NCBI GenBank assembly: GCA_004022145.1
Contig: RCNU01000001.1
Source of the DNA: Paecilomyces variotii
Lineage: Eukaryota
Reading direction: 5' to 3' (one strand)
DNA length: 64,000 nt
This document shows positions 61,966 through 64,000 of this stretch, one piece after another (the first letter of the stretch is position 1; every line of letters starts with the position of its first letter). The position numbers were made by a program, and so were the translations under genes. The notes under the pieces are model-generated. The model had not been told where the DNA came from. It did no database searches and was given only the letters and a program-made list of their open reading frames with translations.

Positions 61966-64000
61966 TTAGTGATCGTCATCTTGATCTTCTTCGGCTGCAT
62001 TTCCACCAGAGGTCAGAAAGACCGGTGAGGACTCTGTTCCTGGCATCGGAAGATCACATCCCAGCATAGGTCTTTCATCGGCAGGTTCAGATCCCTTGCG
62101 TGGCTGTGGTATAGGTTGTTTATCTCCAGAGGCGGTATTGTCAGGCATGTCTGCTTTTCTTATGTTTTCTTTTGCCACCAGCCCTTTCCAACTCCAACTT
62201 CGAGGCGTGCTAGTAGCTGATCTCAGAAATCTTATGCCCTGGTACCTTTCTCGCAAGGAGGTGGAAGAGCGTGATGGCAGGAACTCAAATGTGTTACGTC
62301 GCCTGGATAGTTCGCCGGCTGCAGGTGTTGCAAAGGTGGTCTCAACCTCGGACGTTGAGAGGCTTAATCTATGTTGTCTGGAAGTCTGTGAGCGCGCCGA
62401 CAGCCCGCTTTTATCCCCCTTATCTCCGGATAGCACTGAAGTAACTCGAGGAACGTCATCGTCGTTCGGCGTGTCACGCTGGCATGGAGGGTCAGGTGAA
62501 ACAGGTGTATTCATAGATAGAACCTGTTGTGTAACTGTAGTCTCTTTGCATCCTTGCTTCGCGAATCCTTCTCTTCGAGAAACATCAGGTATCCCGGTGT
62601 GTTCAGCATCAGCAGCAGCAGCAGCAGCATCAGTGGTGCCTGGTGAATCTGGCTTATAGAAGAAAACGGAGGGACCGGGAAGTTGCGAAGGGGGGTTGTC
62701 CATCATACTTGCAGTAGAAGAACGTATGTCGCTGTTGTCCCGAGGTTCTAGATGCGTTGACACCAGACCACTTTGCGTACCTGATGGGTCGTTCAAAGGG
62801 TCGGTAGGTCCGGATGTATTCGCCACCAGAGCGTGTCCAATATCGAGACTACCGGCAGGAGTACTCTCGGAGTCAAAACGTTTATCATCGGTGACAGCTC
62901 CCATGCTCCCCTGGGCATTAGTCTCCTTATCTGTCTGAAAGTTTCTAGTTTGCCATATCCCTCCGCGGAATGGACAAGAACTAGTGTCGAAGAACGGTAT
63001 ATCCTCCCAGAAAGGAAGTACAATGGTCTCGGAGATGACTTCTCTTATCCTGTTCTCAATGGCGCGAAGAACGACTCCGTAGGTGATTTGTCTTGTGCCA
63101 AATATTGGCTCAATAGACATTATCACCGTTGGCATCGTTTCGAATGCAAACCAGATGCGATTACTCGGGGGTGGTTTCAGCCTCAGAAGGCAGTGACCAT
63201 CGACACGGTTAAGTACTACCGCGAGAACGAGGTCGACTTCTCTTGACTTGAATCTAGTGCCCAAGTCAATGTGAACGGTTGCTGATACTTCTAAGCGGAA
63301 ATTGCCCGTGTAGCTAAAGTCCACTCCCACGATACAATCCCCGTCCAAGGTCAGCTCTCGCAGCCTTGGATTATTGATGAACGGAGCTCCATCTCCCATA
63401 TTCACTTTCCTTACGGCAAGCTTTGTGATGAAATTAGGAGTCTTGGCTCGCGAGATCTTCTTGGCTATCTTCCTCTTCACTGATTCCTCCATTTCTGGCG
63501 TTCTATATAACGCAAGGAATAGTCTTCCCAAAATGGCATTAATCCAGCGCGTTGATTGCTGTTCCTCTGACGAATATAGACGCTGAAGTAGATCGATGAT
63601 ATGCCTAGCGTCATAGCTCAGATACGAAGGCGAGAGGCCTGCTGAACCTGGCATCTTTTCTTTGTTCCTCAGCATGGCAAAATAGAGGTCCTCTTTTTCC
63701 GAGAGATTCTCCGAGAAAATGTAGAATGGGCGCGATGGCGTGTGCGAAGCCGATGTGGGATCAGGCCTGCGAGTCAGACGTATTGCATTTCTCTTCGCCC
63801 AAAGCTCCTCCTCAGGTATATCCGCTCCACCGGAATAGATACTGACATTATGATGAGCCAGAGATATGATATATCGAACATCTATCTGCTGGGTATCGTC
63901 ATAAAGCATAAGATGGCCGTGCCTGTTCAAATATGAATATTGTCTCTGATCGGCGGGATGGTAGCTGCACTCACCTCAAGACGACGAAGAACAAGTCGTT
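61966..64000 (-). CDS. PH + SMP domain membrane-contact-site protein (Nvj2/TEX2-like), 5' end outside window
   Basis: HGHLMLYDD...EKEDLYFAML (PH); TRWINAILGRLF...GHCLLRLKPPPSNRIWFAFETMP...ETIVLPFWEDIPF (SMP); intron near 63922-63973. Confidence 0.85.

Noticed and set aside
62603-62631. (GCA)n triplet repeat
   Set aside because: Encodes a short poly-Ala tract in the disordered tail of the NVJ2-like protein; ordinary.

Overview
Intron-rich fungal genomic DNA, inferred to be Eurotiales (Aspergillus/Paecilomyces/Talaromyces-like) from gene content and order. The window holds about 22 genes, mostly conserved housekeeping: apsB-like (partial), Sec7-PH ARF-GEF, GMH1, PP28-like, Zn2Cys6 TF, RGD1, a P450, Tim44/MBA1-like, EOS1, SUI1/eIF1, Asterix-like, SRB8/MED12, a Rim4-like RRM gene, CIA30, ADE1 and APC5. 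These lead into the mating-type region COX13-APN2-[MAT]-SLA2 and a partial NVJ2-like gene. The MAT region carries an intact MAT1-1-1 alpha-box gene and a divergent, cryptic 7-8-exon accessory MAT1-1 gene. Between that gene and APN2 lies a decayed MAT1-2-4-like pseudogene, possibly with a ghost of the MAT1-2-1 HMG gene, so both idiomorphs appear fused with the MAT1-2 half dead. A perfect 28-bp inverted repeat links the pseudogene to an exon of the accessory MAT1-1 gene. Other notable items are a 368-bp Tc1/mariner-type MITE, a degenerate ~410-bp foldback element, a candidate CUG start for EOS1 next to eIF1, and several microexons. Family assignments come from recognising motifs by eye, not from database searches.
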